Assembly (NCBI GenBank): GCA_965221165.1
Contig: CBDCRP010000003.1
Location: 160,001-224,000, forward strand
Direction: 5' to 3'
DNA: 64,000 nucleotides
DNA from: a bacterium
Lineage (GTDB): Bacteria > UBA8248
The notes beneath the pieces are model-generated. The model ran no database searches. It was not told the origin of the DNA and saw only the letters and a list, made by a program, of their open reading frames with translations. Below, one piece after another: positions 29,881-40,659 of the stretch. A program made the position numbers and the translations under genes. The first letter of the stretch is position 1, and each line of letters begins with the position of its first letter.

Positions 29881-31467
29881 TCAAAGGGAAACTCGAGCAG
29901 CGTCGGAACCTCCTGCGTCCATGAGAATTTTCCTTCTGGCCTTGGGAAGGGCCTGTAAAATATCGGTTGCCGTGATACCGAGCCCGCCCACCTCCAAAGA
30001 GGCCAACTCTCCGGATAAGCCATGAAGATAAACCCCGCATACCAATGCCCACTTTCGGGAAAGCCCCTGGGCGAGCAAGGCCCCAATGACGCCCGCCAAC
30101 ACATCTCCGCTACCGGCGGTAGCCATATTAGAGTTTCCGGTAGGGTTGTACCAGGTTTCCCCCTCCGGTGTGGCGACTATCGTTCCCCACCCCTTTAAGG
30201 CGATATCCAGGTGATGATGTGTGGCGAACTGGCTTGCGTGCGTAATGCGATCTTCTTGCACATCTCTCGTCGAGATTCCCAGGAGTCTCGCCATCTCGCC
30301 CGGATGAGGCGTCAGTATCAGTTGAGCGAGCCTGCCATCCAAGATGGTCAAGTCTTGAGAAAGCGCATTCAGCCCATCGGCATCCAAGACGATGGGGCCA
30401 TCGAAATGCTGGATAAGGAGATGGACAAGTTCAATCGTTCTAGGATTCGTCATGAGTCCAGGGCCTACGACCAAAGCACTCATGTTTTCTGAATGCTCGA
30501 CGATAAAATCGAAAGCCGAGGCGTCGACAGAGCCGGATTCCGTGGCCGGCAAGGATAACGTCATGACTTCGGGATACTTGCTCTCCACAAGGGGATAAAT
30601 ACTTTCCGGCACGGCAAGCGTCACCCGGCCTGCACCTGAGCGAAGGGCCGACATGGCCGTCATCAAGGCAGCACCCGACATGCCCGGCGCACCGGCTATC
30701 AGCAAAAGGTGGCCGGCATCTCCTTTGTGGGCATCGGGGCGTCTTTCCGGCAAGTTTTCAGCCACATCAGAAGGCTCCGTGACGTGTAGCGAAATGTTTT
30801 CTTCATGCAGACATTTTTTCGGAATCCCGATATCAAGCGATATTACCTCCCCCACATGCTCTGCAGCCGGCATGAGAAGATGTCCCCGCTTCAACGCGCC
30901 TAGCGCCAACGTGATTTTTGCATCGATATGTGGAGGTTCGACCCTGCCGGAAGTGGAATCGAGCCCGGACGGCATATCGATAGCCACTATCGGGGTCTCA
31001 CAGGCGGACAGGATACGGATTACCTCCTCCGGAAGGCCTCGGGCAGGCGGACGAAATCCGGTTCCCAGAATGGCATCTACTAACAAATCTGCGTTTTTCG
31101 TCATCGTCTCCAGCAATGAGACGTTTTTCTCCTCCACCTCCAGGACGGAAATTTCCATCTTGTCGAGCGTTTTCAGAAAAACGGCGGGCTCACCCGTGAC
31201 TTCACTCAGGGGAAACAAAGCCGCGACATCAATATCGGCCCCAGAATTGAATAAATGCCTGGCAATGACGAAACCATCTCCACCGTTGTTCCCACTCCCG
31301 CAAACAATCAGCACACGGAGACCGGCTCTCCCATATTTTTCCCAGATCTTTTGAGCGGATTTTGCCCCTGCTGTTTCCATCAAGCATGTAGAGGGAATGC
31401 CGTATTCATGAATCGCCCGGTTGTCGATGTTCGACATTTCCTGGGCTGTAACGACCGGAATCGGCAT
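29881..31467 (-). CDS. nnr: Bifunctional NAD(P)H-hydrate epimerase/dehydratase
   Basis: GSGNNGGDG, DAILGTG, HKGD.G, LTPHPGEM.RL, MATAGSGDVL. Confidence 0.95.
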   Translation of the reverse strand: MPIPVVTAQEMSNIDNRAIHEYGIPSTCLMETAGAKSAQKIWEKYGRAGLRVLIVCGSGNNGGDGFVIARHLFNSGADIDVAALFPLSEVTGEPAVFLKTLDKMEISVLEVEEKNVSLLETMTKNADLLVDAILGTGFRPPARGLPEEVIRILSACETPIVAIDMPSGLDSTSGRVEPPHIDAKITLALGALKRGHLLMPAAEHVGEVISLDIGIPKKCLHEENISLHVTEPSDVAENLPERRPDAHKGDAGHLLLIAGAPGMSGAALMTAMSALRSGAGRVTLAVPESIYPLVESKYPEVMTLSLPATESGSVDASAFDFIVEHSENMSALVVGPGLMTNPRTIELVHLLIQHFDGPIVLDADGLNALSQDLTILDGRLAQLILTPHPGEMARLLGISTRDVQEDRITHASQFATHHHLDIALKGWGTIVATPEGETWYNPTGNSNMATAGSGDVLAGVIGALLAQGLSRKWALVCGVYLHGLSGELASLEVGGLGITATDILQALPKARRKILMDAGGSDAARVSL

Positions 31468-31469
31468 GC

Positions 31470-32198
31470 TCAGGCGGCGCCTACTCGTTCGATGATATCC
31501 GACATCTCGCGCACGGCTCTTTCAAAACCGACAAAAACAGAATGCGAGACAATGCTGTGGCCAATGTTCAATTCTTGCAGATGGGGAAGAGAGGCCACGG
31601 CGTGCACGTTTAGATAGGTGAGGCCGTGGCCTGCGTGAACGCCAATGTCGAGGTCGTGGGCCAGCAGGGACGCATCGCGAAGTGAAACCAACTCTTTTTC
31701 GTGAGAGACGGAATCTTTCGCCTCAGAATAAGCCGCCGTGTTCAATTCCACGAAATCCGTGTTTAATATCTTTGCGGCTTCAATTTGCGCAGGATGGGGA
31801 TCGATGAAAAGGCTCAAAAGGATCCCTGCGTCTCGCAGCGGTTTCATCAAACCGGCTATCTGTTCGACGTTGCCCGCCACGTCCAAGCCGCCCTCGGTCG
31901 TTATCTCTTGGCGCCGCTCCGGAACCAAGGTGACCTGCTCCGGCTTCACATCGAGCGCGATGCCCTGCATCTCGGGTACAGGCGCCATCTCCAGGTTGAG
32001 CTTGCCCCGAACCACTTGGCGCATCAACGTGAGGTCCCTATCCTGGATATGCCTGCGGTCTTCACGCAGATGAATGGTGATGCCTATCGCGCCCGCACGT
32101 TCAGCGATGAGCGCGGCCGCCACCGGATCGGGCTCGTTCGTCTTTCGCGCTTCGCGGATGGTGGCAACGTGGTCCACATTCACGCATAGCTTGGCCAT
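31470..32198 (-). CDS. pdxJ: Pyridoxine 5'-phosphate synthase
   Basis: [34 protein letters not shown]. Confidence 0.97.
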   Translation of the reverse strand: MAKLCVNVDHVATIREARKTNEPDPVAAALIAERAGAIGITIHLREDRRHIQDRDLTLMRQVVRGKLNLEMAPVPEMQGIALDVKPEQVTLVPERRQEITTEGGLDVAGNVEQIAGLMKPLRDAGILLSLFIDPHPAQIEAAKILNTDFVELNTAAYSEAKDSVSHEKELVSLRDASLLAHDLDIGVHAGHGLTYLNVHAVASLPHLQELNIGHSIVSHSVFVGFERAVREMSDIIERVGAA

Positions 32199-32312
32199 TC
32201 TTCTCCTCAAAACGCATATGCAACATCATGGCATTTGAACGTTCACGTACGATGCGCCCAAGAATTCAAGGGTACTCCTGAGGAACATCATAAATCGAAA
32301 TGTTGGGAGAAA

Positions 32313-34232
32313 CTAGGCTTGGCCGGGCGCCAAGTCCGTCGGCGACGCCTGTGGGTCCTGACGAGGGGTTTCCCCCGGTTGCGGAGAGAGCGGGGCGTTT
32401 CCTTCGCCAACCTCGTCTTTTTGCTTACGATTCCTGGAAATCTCCCCGGTTTCCATCAAAGACTCGATATCCTTGAGATCGATGGTTTCATATTCAAGCA
32501 GCGCATTGGCGAGCAAGTCGAGCTTATCCCGATTTTCCTCGAGCAATTTATACGCTCTCTCATAACTCGACGAGACCATGTTTTTCACTTCATTATCAAT
32601 TTCCAGGGCCACCTGGTCGCTATAATCCCTGTGCTGGGAGATTTCACGCCCCAGGAAGATTTGCTCATGCTTTTTCCCGTAGGCCAAAGGACCAAGCTTC
32701 TCGCTCATCCCCCATTCACAAACCATGCTTCTCGCCAGATCAGTCGACGTCTGGATGTCGGCTTTCGCACCCGTCGTTAATTCTTGAAAAACCAGCATCT
32801 CCGCTGCTCGTCCACCCATCAGACAAGCAAGCTGGTTCGTCAAAAATGTTTTGTCGTTGCTATAGCGATCCTCAACAGGCGAAGACCATGTACTTCCCAA
32901 CGAAAAACCTCGCGGGATAATCGTCACCTTCTCCACGGGGTCCGTCCCCGGTATCAGCAATGAAACAAGGGCGTGTCCCGCCTCATGGAAAGCTGTGTTC
33001 TTCTTTTCTTTTTCACTGAGCGCCATACTGCGCCGCTCTTTGCCCATCAATACTTTATCTTTCGCTTCCATCAGGTCGTCATTTTCGACCGATTGTTTAC
33101 CCCGGCGCGCCGCGAGGAGAGCGGATTCATTCAAAAGGTTCGCCAAATCAGCGCCCGCAAATCGCGGAGTTCCCCGCGCTATCAGATTCAAGTCGACGGA
33201 TTCGTTGAGCGGCACCTTCGCGGCATGCACCTTCAAAATCGCCAAGCGTCCTTTGATGTCGGGCAAGGAAACAACTATCTGGCGGTCAAAGCGGCCAGGC
33301 CTGAGGAGAGCCGGATCCAACACGTCGGGCCGGTTCGTCGCCGCTATCAAGATGACCCCATCATTCGATTCAAAACCATCCATTTCGACAAGAAGTTGAT
33401 TGAGCGTCTGCTCACGCTCATCGTGGCCGCCACCGAGGCCGGCGCCCCTATGTCGCCCGACAGCATCAATCTCATCGATGAAAATGATACACGGCGCATT
33501 CGACTTGCCCTGCTCGAATAAATCCCGGACCCTTGACGCACCGACCCCGACAAACATCTCCACAAAACTCGAACCACTTATAGAAAAAAACGGCACGTCC
33601 GCCTCGCCCGCGATAGCGCGCGCCAGCAGGGTTTTACCCGTGCCCGGAGGACCGACCATGAGGACACCCTTCGGGATGCGCGCACCCAAACGTGTGAATT
33701 TTTGCGGGTCACGGAGAAAATCAACAAGTTCTTCGAGTTCTTCCTTTGCTTCTTCAATGCCGGCCACATCCGCGAATGTAATTTTTTTCTTTGCGGACTC
33801 AGGCATCATTCGCGCTTTGCTTTTTCCGAAAGACAGGGCTTTGGAACCGCCCATCTGCATCTGGCGCATGAAGAAAATCCATACACCCAGCATCACCAAC
33901 ATGGGCAGCCAACTCAACAACATATTCATGTACCAGGCGTTCTGCTCCACGGGCTGCGCCGTGATGCGGACGCCCTTGGACCTGAGGGTGTCGATAAGTT
34001 TGGGATCTTTCGGAGCATAGGTATGGAAAGACCTGCCACTGAGGTAGCGGCCCCGAATGTTGTCTCCCTGGACAACCACTTCACTCACCTGCCCATCGGC
34101 CACCGCTTTCAGAAAATCGCTGTAGACGACCGTTCTGTCCATCGAGCGTGGGCTATTGAAGGCCTGAAACAAGCCCACCATTATCAAGCCAATAATCAGC
34201 CAAAGCGCCAAATTTTTGTAAAATTGGTTCAA
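32313..34232 (-). CDS. ftsH: ATP-dependent zinc metalloprotease FtsH
   Basis: Two TM helices, [16 protein letters not shown]; start reassigned to TTG 34232 after AAGGA. Confidence 0.97.
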   Translation of the reverse strand: MNQFYKNLALWLIIGLIMVGLFQAFNSPRSMDRTVVYSDFLKAVADGQVSEVVVQGDNIRGRYLSGRSFHTYAPKDPKLIDTLRSKGVRITAQPVEQNAWYMNMLLSWLPMLVMLGVWIFFMRQMQMGGSKALSFGKSKARMMPESAKKKITFADVAGIEEAKEELEELVDFLRDPQKFTRLGARIPKGVLMVGPPGTGKTLLARAIAGEADVPFFSISGSSFVEMFVGVGASRVRDLFEQGKSNAPCIIFIDEIDAVGRHRGAGLGGGHDEREQTLNQLLVEMDGFESNDGVILIAATNRPDVLDPALLRPGRFDRQIVVSLPDIKGRLAILKVHAAKVPLNESVDLNLIARGTPRFAGADLANLLNESALLAARRGKQSVENDDLMEAKDKVLMGKERRSMALSEKEKKNTAFHEAGHALVSLLIPGTDPVEKVTIIPRGFSLGSTWSSPVEDRYSNDKTFLTNQLACLMGGRAAEMLVFQELTTGAKADIQTSTDLARSMVCEWGMSEKLGPLAYGKKHEQIFLGREISQHRDYSDQVALEIDNEVKNMVSSSYERAYKLLEENRDKLDLLANALLEYETIDLKDIESLMETGEISRNRKQKDEVGEGNAPLSPQPGETPRQDPQASPTDLAPGQA

Positions 34233-34328
34233 GATACATTCCTTTTCTTTCGGGTAAACATCTCCCTGAGTTCTACAAAAACAAGTTATCAGGATTTTTC
34301 TCATCCGTCCACGAGTCAAAACCCCCAA

Positions 34329-35816
34329 TCACCGGCCCAACGAATCCCAGAGCTTAGTGTCTTCATTTTCAAGCATCGCTTTAAGGGTAATCCCCTTCTT
34401 CACATTCCCGCCAAGCGTGAATTCCGCCGAAACCTGATGGCCGATAATCCACGCCACTTTCTCCCCCACGGCAAGCAGCGGTATCCGGTTTCTCAAGGAT
34501 TTCGGTATTTTTTGCTCTATGAAGTAATCCTTGAGCTTCTTCTCCTTTTTGCGGTCCACAGGATGGAAGCGATCTCCATCGCGCCGGGTTCGGATGCGGG
34601 CATCAGCACCCAGTTTTTCCGCATCGAGACACACTTCCCACCCCCCTTTCAGGGGATGTGCAAAATCCAGCGAAGTTTCCATTTCAAGGCCTAATGAGCG
34701 ATGAACCGTCTCTCCAGGAATCCGTAGCTTTTGCTCCTCAAGTAATTTCGAATCAAAATCGGGATGCCCGAAGATGAGCCTGTCATATTCCCTTCTCGCC
34801 TCCAAACTACCCGGCAAACTCAAAACTCCCGAAGGATTATCCCCCATCGCGAGGTCATCGAGGTCTTCAATCCACTTCCGAAGAGCGCGCCTGCGGGTGC
34901 GGACGGGCGATTCTTCCCTAAGCGTATCCAGCGCCGTGCGCCAAACCCCGGCTCTGAGCGCTTGAGTGAGTTTCCTCACTTTCCGCAAAGGAAAAATCGT
35001 GATCTTCCCCTCGTCCTCACGAATGAACTTCACACACGCATCCATGGTCATTTCATCAACGAGAGAAACAAGCGGCGCCGAGATTTCCGCGCTCTTGGCG
35101 ATTCCGCTGATGGCGGCATCACCCAAATACTCTCGAACCACCGGCATGATTTTTTTGCGTATCCGGTTTCTGAGGCGGCTTTCATCTTCATTTGTTTCAT
35201 CTTCGACCCAGGAAACGCCCCGCACTTCCAGATATTCCAAAATTTCCGTGCGCGACGCATCCAGCAAGGGCCGGATGATCTGAAGCCCATCTCCTCTTTT
35301 CGACGAAAGCGGGGTCCGCCATTTGATGCCCGATATGCCCTTCACGCCCGCTCCTTCGAATAAACGCATGAGTACGGTCTCGGCCTGATCATCTTTGTTG
35401 TGCGCCAACGCGAGAGTATCGGCCCCCATCTCCCGGGTGACGGATAGGAAGGCCGAGCGTCTTGATTCGCGCGCAGCTCCCTCAAGGCCCCTTTGCGCTA
35501 TTTGAGACACCCGAACACGCTCGCAACGGAAATCGATATCGTATCGTCGACACACACGCTCGGCATGCTCAGCGTCTTTTCTCGAAAGAGCGCCCCGGAG
35601 CCCGTGCTCGACATGAACAGCGCAGAGGAGTTGTGATTCCGGCAAGAGCGACTGTAAGGACAATAAAAGGGCGGTGGAATCCGCGCCACCCGAAAAGCCG
35701 ACGAGCAAAGGGACAGGCTTCGCCTCATAAGCGCATTTTTTGAGGCCTTTTCTCACCTTGGCCTCAAACGTTTTTTTTATCTTCAAGGAAGATGTTTGCG
35801 GGGCGTCCGGAGTCAT
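34329..35816 (-). CDS. tilS: tRNA(Ile)-lysidine synthase
   Basis: SGGADS, HGLRG, AH..DDQAET, RPLL, RNRIR, TilS_C. Confidence 0.95.
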   Translation of the reverse strand: MTPDAPQTSSLKIKKTFEAKVRKGLKKCAYEAKPVPLLVGFSGGADSTALLLSLQSLLPESQLLCAVHVEHGLRGALSRKDAEHAERVCRRYDIDFRCERVRVSQIAQRGLEGAARESRRSAFLSVTREMGADTLALAHNKDDQAETVLMRLFEGAGVKGISGIKWRTPLSSKRGDGLQIIRPLLDASRTEILEYLEVRGVSWVEDETNEDESRLRNRIRKKIMPVVREYLGDAAISGIAKSAEISAPLVSLVDEMTMDACVKFIREDEGKITIFPLRKVRKLTQALRAGVWRTALDTLREESPVRTRRRALRKWIEDLDDLAMGDNPSGVLSLPGSLEARREYDRLIFGHPDFDSKLLEEQKLRIPGETVHRSLGLEMETSLDFAHPLKGGWEVCLDAEKLGADARIRTRRDGDRFHPVDRKKEKKLKDYFIEQKIPKSLRNRIPLLAVGEKVAWIIGHQVSAEFTLGGNVKKGITLKAMLENEDTKLWDSLGR

Positions 35817-35847
35817 TGAGAATATCCTCCCCTAGACGGCGAGGAAG

Positions 35848-35924
35848 TGGTAGCGGCGGAGGGACTTGAACCCCCAACACTACGGATATGAGCCGTATGC
35901 TCTAACCGGTTGAGCTACGCCGCC
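35848..35924 (-). tRNA. tRNA with CAT anticodon, most likely elongator tRNA-Met
   Basis: Reverse complement GGCGGCGTAGCTCAACCGGTTAGAGCATACGGCTCATATCCGTAGTGTTGGGGGTTCAAGTCCCTCCGCCGCTACCA. Confidence 0.93.
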
Positions 35925-35937
35925 AGAATGCACTCCG

Positions 35938-36093
35938 TCAGGGGGACTGCTTGGGTCGGAATATTGCGAAAAAAAACATGACCGAGAGAATATAGAAAAA
36001 AACCTGTAAGCCAACGTCTTCCATACGGAAGCCTACCATCAAGCACAAATATCCCAAAAAGAGCAAGATCATAATTTCGATTTCACGTCTCAT
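35938..36093 (-). CDS. Small two-TM membrane protein (51 aa)
   Basis: ATG 36093 overlaps the stop of the upstream ORF (ATGA); two hydrophobic stretches. Confidence 0.6.
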   Translation of the reverse strand: MRREIEIMILLFLGYLCLMVGFRMEDVGLQVFFYILSVMFFFAIFRPKQSP

Positions 36094-36287
36094 TTGTCGT
36101 TTACTCCCCGCTCTAAACTTTCGGAAGAAGGTGACGGATCGTTCGATTTCTCCCGTTTTAATCTCAAGTCCGGAGAAAATTCCGGACAAAAAATCGCTCC
36201 ATTCGGCTCGTTACGATACTTTAGACGGCAATTCTCTCGCCAAGCGCAAACAGCACATTCACGAACTCCCTCGTAGGCCACGCTCAA
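36090..36287 (-). CDS. Small Cys-rich hypothetical protein
   Basis: CAVCAWRENC...CPEF four-Cys pattern; RBS GAGGAG before TTG. Confidence 0.7.
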   Translation of the reverse strand: MSVAYEGVRECAVCAWRENCRLKYRNEPNGAIFCPEFSPDLRLKREKSNDPSPSSESLERGVNDK

Positions 36288-36464
36288 ATACTCTCCTCTC
36301 GAGACTCCGCCTCACTACAGGAGCAGAATATAAATGCCCAGGGGCGAAAACGTCAAGTTTTCTATTTTTCCGTTTTCCCTTTCCTCGACACCTCCAGTAC
36401 CGATGAGCGCTTCACAGAGAGAATGCACCAGTCACTTTGCAAATGAATCCGAGAACCTCATGAA

Positions 36465-38177
36465 TCATCCGGCGCGTTTGATCTCTTCGGAAATCAGGTT
36501 TTCCAGAAAAGATGCCGCATCGTTTACCGCTACAAACTGCGTCTCCCCGGTTCTTCGCGATTTGATCTCGATTTTATTTTCCTTGAGACCCCTCGGTCCG
36601 ATGACCGCCTTATAGGGAAACCCCATCAGGTCGGCGTCCTTGAATTTCACGCCAGGGCGCTCATCCCTGTCATCCAGCACGACATCCAGCCCTGCGGATT
36701 CGAGCGAGTCATACATGCGAGTGCAAACCTCCATGGTTTCATCATCCAGTTTCACCGGAATGATATCCACGTGATATGGAGCGATGGGAGTCGGCCAGAT
36801 GATGCCGTCTTCATCATGGTTCTGCTCTATGGCCGCCGCCACCGTGCGGCCCACGCCAATGCCATAACAACCCATGACGATGGTGTGGGTCTCGCTATTT
36901 TCATCCTGGTAGGTAGCGCTCAGAGACTCAGAATACTTGCAACCCAGCTTAAAGACATGCCCCACCTCGATACCGCGCCTGATACCAAGCGCCGCCTCAC
37001 ATTTGGGGCAGGCATCTCCTTCGTGTGCAACGGTGAGGTCCGCAAATTTGCTTGCCGTAAAGTCACGACCCTCACGCGCGCCCGTATAGTGATGATCCGT
37101 TTGATTCGCCCCGACGATAAGCCCGCCGCTACTCTCAATGGCGAAATCGGCGATGAGCCTGACGTCCGCCAAACCGACAGGGCCTGCAAAACCCACTTCA
37201 GAGCGGGTAAGTTCCTCCACCATCTCGGGGCCGGCAAGCTCGATATCCACCACATCAAGCGCATTTTTCAATTTGATTTCATTCAACTCTCTGTGGCCTG
37301 GAATCAGCGCGGCCACCGGCTCGCCGTCCGCAACATACAAAAGGGTCTTGACCATCCTGTGCGGAGGTAAAGAGAAAAATTCCGCCACCTCTGCTATCGT
37401 ATGGGCGCCCGGGGTGTGGACTTTCTCGAGATCACCTCCCTCATTCTCAGGCAGCTTCAGACGAACCGGCGATTTTTCCACATTCGCCGCGTAGCCACAT
37501 GAATCGCAGGCGGTGATTGCCTCTTCGCCCGTATCGGCCATGACCATGAACTCGTGCGAAAAACTCCCGCCAATGGCTCCTGAATCCGCCTCCACGGCAC
37601 TGAACTTCAGTCCACAGCGCTGAAATATCCGTGTATAGGCCTGCACCATCTCATCATAGCTCCGCTCAGCGCCCGCCTCGTCACGATCAAAGCTGTAGCC
37701 GTCCTTCATCGTAAACTCCCGCCCCCGCATCACGCCAAACCGCGGCCTGATCTCGTCTCTAAACTTCGTTTGAATCTGATAGAGATTAAGCGGCAGGTCC
37801 CGGTAGCTCCTCACCTCGCGCGCCACCAGATCGGTAACTACCTCTTCATGCGTGGGACCCAGGCAAAAATCGCGCTCATGGCGATCTTTTAAGCGGATCA
37901 ATTCTTTGCCATATACTTCCCATCGTCCCGTTTTTTGCCAGAGTTCGGCGGGATTCAGCGTAGGAAGGAAAACCTCTTGCGCACCTGCGTGATTCAACTC
38001 TTCGCGCAGTATCTGCTCCACTTTGCGCTGCACGCGCACACCCAGTGGCAAAAGCGTATACACGCCCGCCGCCAAGCGACGAATCATTCCCGAACGCACC
38101 ATGAGCTTGTGGCTGACGACTTCCGCCTCGGCGGGCGCTTCTTTTAATGTGGGCAAAAATCCTCGTGAGAATCGCAT
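36465..38177 (-). CDS. proS: Proline--tRNA ligase
   Basis: GPTHEE, KFRDEIRPRFG, INS editing domain, MGCYGIG. Confidence 0.98.
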   Translation of the reverse strand: MRFSRGFLPTLKEAPAEAEVVSHKLMVRSGMIRRLAAGVYTLLPLGVRVQRKVEQILREELNHAGAQEVFLPTLNPAELWQKTGRWEVYGKELIRLKDRHERDFCLGPTHEEVVTDLVAREVRSYRDLPLNLYQIQTKFRDEIRPRFGVMRGREFTMKDGYSFDRDEAGAERSYDEMVQAYTRIFQRCGLKFSAVEADSGAIGGSFSHEFMVMADTGEEAITACDSCGYAANVEKSPVRLKLPENEGGDLEKVHTPGAHTIAEVAEFFSLPPHRMVKTLLYVADGEPVAALIPGHRELNEIKLKNALDVVDIELAGPEMVEELTRSEVGFAGPVGLADVRLIADFAIESSGGLIVGANQTDHHYTGAREGRDFTASKFADLTVAHEGDACPKCEAALGIRRGIEVGHVFKLGCKYSESLSATYQDENSETHTIVMGCYGIGVGRTVAAAIEQNHDEDGIIWPTPIAPYHVDIIPVKLDDETMEVCTRMYDSLESAGLDVVLDDRDERPGVKFKDADLMGFPYKAVIGPRGLKENKIEIKSRRTGETQFVAVNDAASFLENLISEEIKRAG

Positions 38178-38191
38178 GAATCAGAATTTTC

Positions 38192-39442
38192 TTAGGAGTG
38201 GGCCGTCTCGAATTGGCCTTTTTCATATTGTTCCGCGAGTTGTTCTACGCGTTCGACCAAGTTTTTCTTGATGTCTTCGTAAGATACCAGACCAGCCTTT
38301 TCGCCTTTCATGAAAATCAGAGCGCGCTTGTGTCCGCCGGCGACGCCGATGTCGGCATCCTTCGCTTCACCGGGCCCGTTCACTTCGCAACCCATGACGG
38401 CCACCGTAATGGGGGCACTGATATGGGCGAGTTCCTGCTCTACTTCCATGGTGAGCTTATCCACATCAATCTGAACGCGGCCGCATGATGGGCACGCGAC
38501 GACATTCACGCCCTTTTGGCGCAGCTTCATACTTTTCAGAATTTCGTAACCCACACGCACCTCTTCCACCGGATCCGCCGCCAAAGAAACACGGATGGTG
38601 TCGCCAATACCCTCAGAGAGCAGAATTCCTAAACCGACGGCGCTTTTTATACTCCCCGTCTGGAGGCTTCCGCTCTCCGTGATGCCCAGGTGAAGAGGAT
38701 ACTCAACACGTTTCGCCATCAACCGATAGGCTTTTACCGTCCTCGCGACATCAGAAGCTTTCAGGGAAATTTTCGTGTCATAAAAGTTGCGCTTCTCCAG
38801 CATGGCGACATGGCGCAATCCGCTTTCCACTATCGCCTCGGGCGTGGCGCCCCCAAAGCGATCAAGCAGATGTTTTTCCAGGGAACCGGCGTTCACACCC
38901 ACACGGATGGGCAAGCCGTGGTCTTTCGCCGCGGCGACCACCTCGCTCACCCTTTCTTCTCCATTGATGTTGCCGGGGTTGATGCGCAGGCAATCAATCC
39001 CTGCATCCGCCGCCATCAAGGCATAGCGATAGTCGAAATGAATATCCGCCACCAATGGTATTTCGGTGCGTTTTCTGATTTCAGGCAGCGCCTCGGCCGA
39101 CTTCTCATCGGGAACAGCCAGGCGCACGATTTCACATCCAGCGGCTTCCAGGCGTTCGATTTGGTCGATGGTTCCCTCCACATCGTGCGTGTAGGTGTTG
39201 CACATCGACTGCACCACAATGGGAGCGCCGCCGCCAATCTTGACGCCGCGTACTTCGACTTGGGAGCTTTTTCGCCGATTCAAAGGAAACAATGAGGGGT
39301 CTGCGCAAGGCAGCGCCTCGTCGGCTGCACCCCCACCCACCATCGGAAGAGCGGAACCGTGTTGCTCTTCGGGAGGCAGACCGACTCCCGGAATGGGTTT
39401 CTTGTAAAATATATCGTCTGTAAATGGCTCAAACATAATCAA
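38192..39442 (-). CDS. ispG: HMBPP synthase
   Basis: VQSM.NT, ADIHF, RINPGN, CPSCGR, MGC.VNGPGE. Confidence 0.97.
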   Translation of the reverse strand: MIMFEPFTDDIFYKKPIPGVGLPPEEQHGSALPMVGGGAADEALPCADPSLFPLNRRKSSQVEVRGVKIGGGAPIVVQSMCNTYTHDVEGTIDQIERLEAAGCEIVRLAVPDEKSAEALPEIRKRTEIPLVADIHFDYRYALMAADAGIDCLRINPGNINGEERVSEVVAAAKDHGLPIRVGVNAGSLEKHLLDRFGGATPEAIVESGLRHVAMLEKRNFYDTKISLKASDVARTVKAYRLMAKRVEYPLHLGITESGSLQTGSIKSAVGLGILLSEGIGDTIRVSLAADPVEEVRVGYEILKSMKLRQKGVNVVACPSCGRVQIDVDKLTMEVEQELAHISAPITVAVMGCEVNGPGEAKDADIGVAGGHKRALIFMKGEKAGLVSYEDIKKNLVERVEQLAEQYEKGQFETAHS

Positions 39443-39447
39443 AGCCC

Positions 39448-40641
39448 CTACTCATTTTTTTTCTTTTCAGGAGATAATTTCTTTATGTTCTTGCCTTTCC
39501 GCTCTTGTTTCTGTTTCGTGATGGATGGCGTTTCACTCCCAAGAAGATAATACACGCTATCCTTGTAGGTGGCAAAGATCATCAAACCGATGAGCAAGAC
39601 GGTGCCCACTTGCATGGCCATCTCCCGGATTCTCAAACTAATGGGCCTACCTCTCAAACCTTCAATGAGCAAGAAAAGAATGTGCCCTCCATCGAGAACC
39701 GGGATTGGCAACAGGTTCAGAATCGCCAAATTCACGCTGAGCAAAATCGTGAACATGATGAGGTAGCGGAACCCGCGTTGCGCTTGTTCCGCAGCCACTA
39801 CGGAAATACGAATCGGCCCGCCGATATCCGCAGGAATCGTTTTCGTGAGCATCGAATATAGTGTAAAGACCGTTAAGCTGACGATGCGGTAGTTTTGCTC
39901 GAATCCCTTCCCCAAGGACTCAATGAATCCAAAACGCTCGGTATGGGTGCCTTGGCCGATACTGATGCCAATGCGACCGTAACCCAACTCCTGGCCCGTC
40001 GCGCTCTTCGATGTCGGGATAATGGGCGTTTCAAAAGATTTGCGGCCGCGCTCCACTTTCAACACGAGTTTTCTATCAGCATTTTTTCGTACAATTTCGA
40101 CAAGCTCGGACCATTTTTGAATCGGCCTCCCGTCAATAGCCACGATATGATCGCCGGTTTGCAGGTTCGCCTTTTGCGCCGGCGTGCCAGGCAAAACACC
40201 GCCCACCCACGTTCCCGGCACGGGAATGCCACCCAGGTGCAGTCCCCAACTCAGGAGTATCGCCAGGACGATATTAAAGAAAGGCCCTGCCGAAATGACC
40301 GCCAATCTATGGCTCACGGGGCGCAGATAAAAAGATTTTTCCGGTTCATCCGGCTCTTTGGGCACATCGGGATCATCAGGTTGCGCTTCGGGGTCTTCGC
40401 CTACGAGCTTCACATAGCCACCCAAAGGGATGAGCGACACGCGATACTCCGTCTCTCCGCGCTCAAAACCCCAGATGCGACGGCCAAAACCTAAAGAAAA
40501 CGTAGTGACGCCGATTTTGAGCCATTTGGCCACGAGATGGTGACCCAATTCGTGGATGAAAATGAGTAAACCCAAGACAAGCACGGCCCAGAAAATCGTC
40601 TGTCCGAAACCCATCACCCAGTTTATGATTTGCATCGTCAT
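39448..40641 (-). CDS. rseP: RIP metalloprotease RseP
   Basis: HELGH, PDZ domain, NLLPIPVLDGG. Confidence 0.95.
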   Translation of the reverse strand: MTMQIINWVMGFGQTIFWAVLVLGLLIFIHELGHHLVAKWLKIGVTTFSLGFGRRIWGFERGETEYRVSLIPLGGYVKLVGEDPEAQPDDPDVPKEPDEPEKSFYLRPVSHRLAVISAGPFFNIVLAILLSWGLHLGGIPVPGTWVGGVLPGTPAQKANLQTGDHIVAIDGRPIQKWSELVEIVRKNADRKLVLKVERGRKSFETPIIPTSKSATGQELGYGRIGISIGQGTHTERFGFIESLGKGFEQNYRIVSLTVFTLYSMLTKTIPADIGGPIRISVVAAEQAQRGFRYLIMFTILLSVNLAILNLLPIPVLDGGHILFLLIEGLRGRPISLRIREMAMQVGTVLLIGLMIFATYKDSVYYLLGSETPSITKQKQERKGKNIKKLSPEKKKNE

Positions 40642-40659
40642 TCTCGAATGAATCCTTAT

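Noticed and set aside
35848-35924. CAT-anticodon tRNA beside tilS as the TilS substrate tRNA-Ile2
   Set aside because: Acceptor stem starts GGCGGCG and lacks the C4-G69/C5-G68 pairs used by TilS in E. coli. It resembles elongator tRNA-Met; the G1-U72 pair and the lack of three G-C anticodon pairs also argue against initiator.
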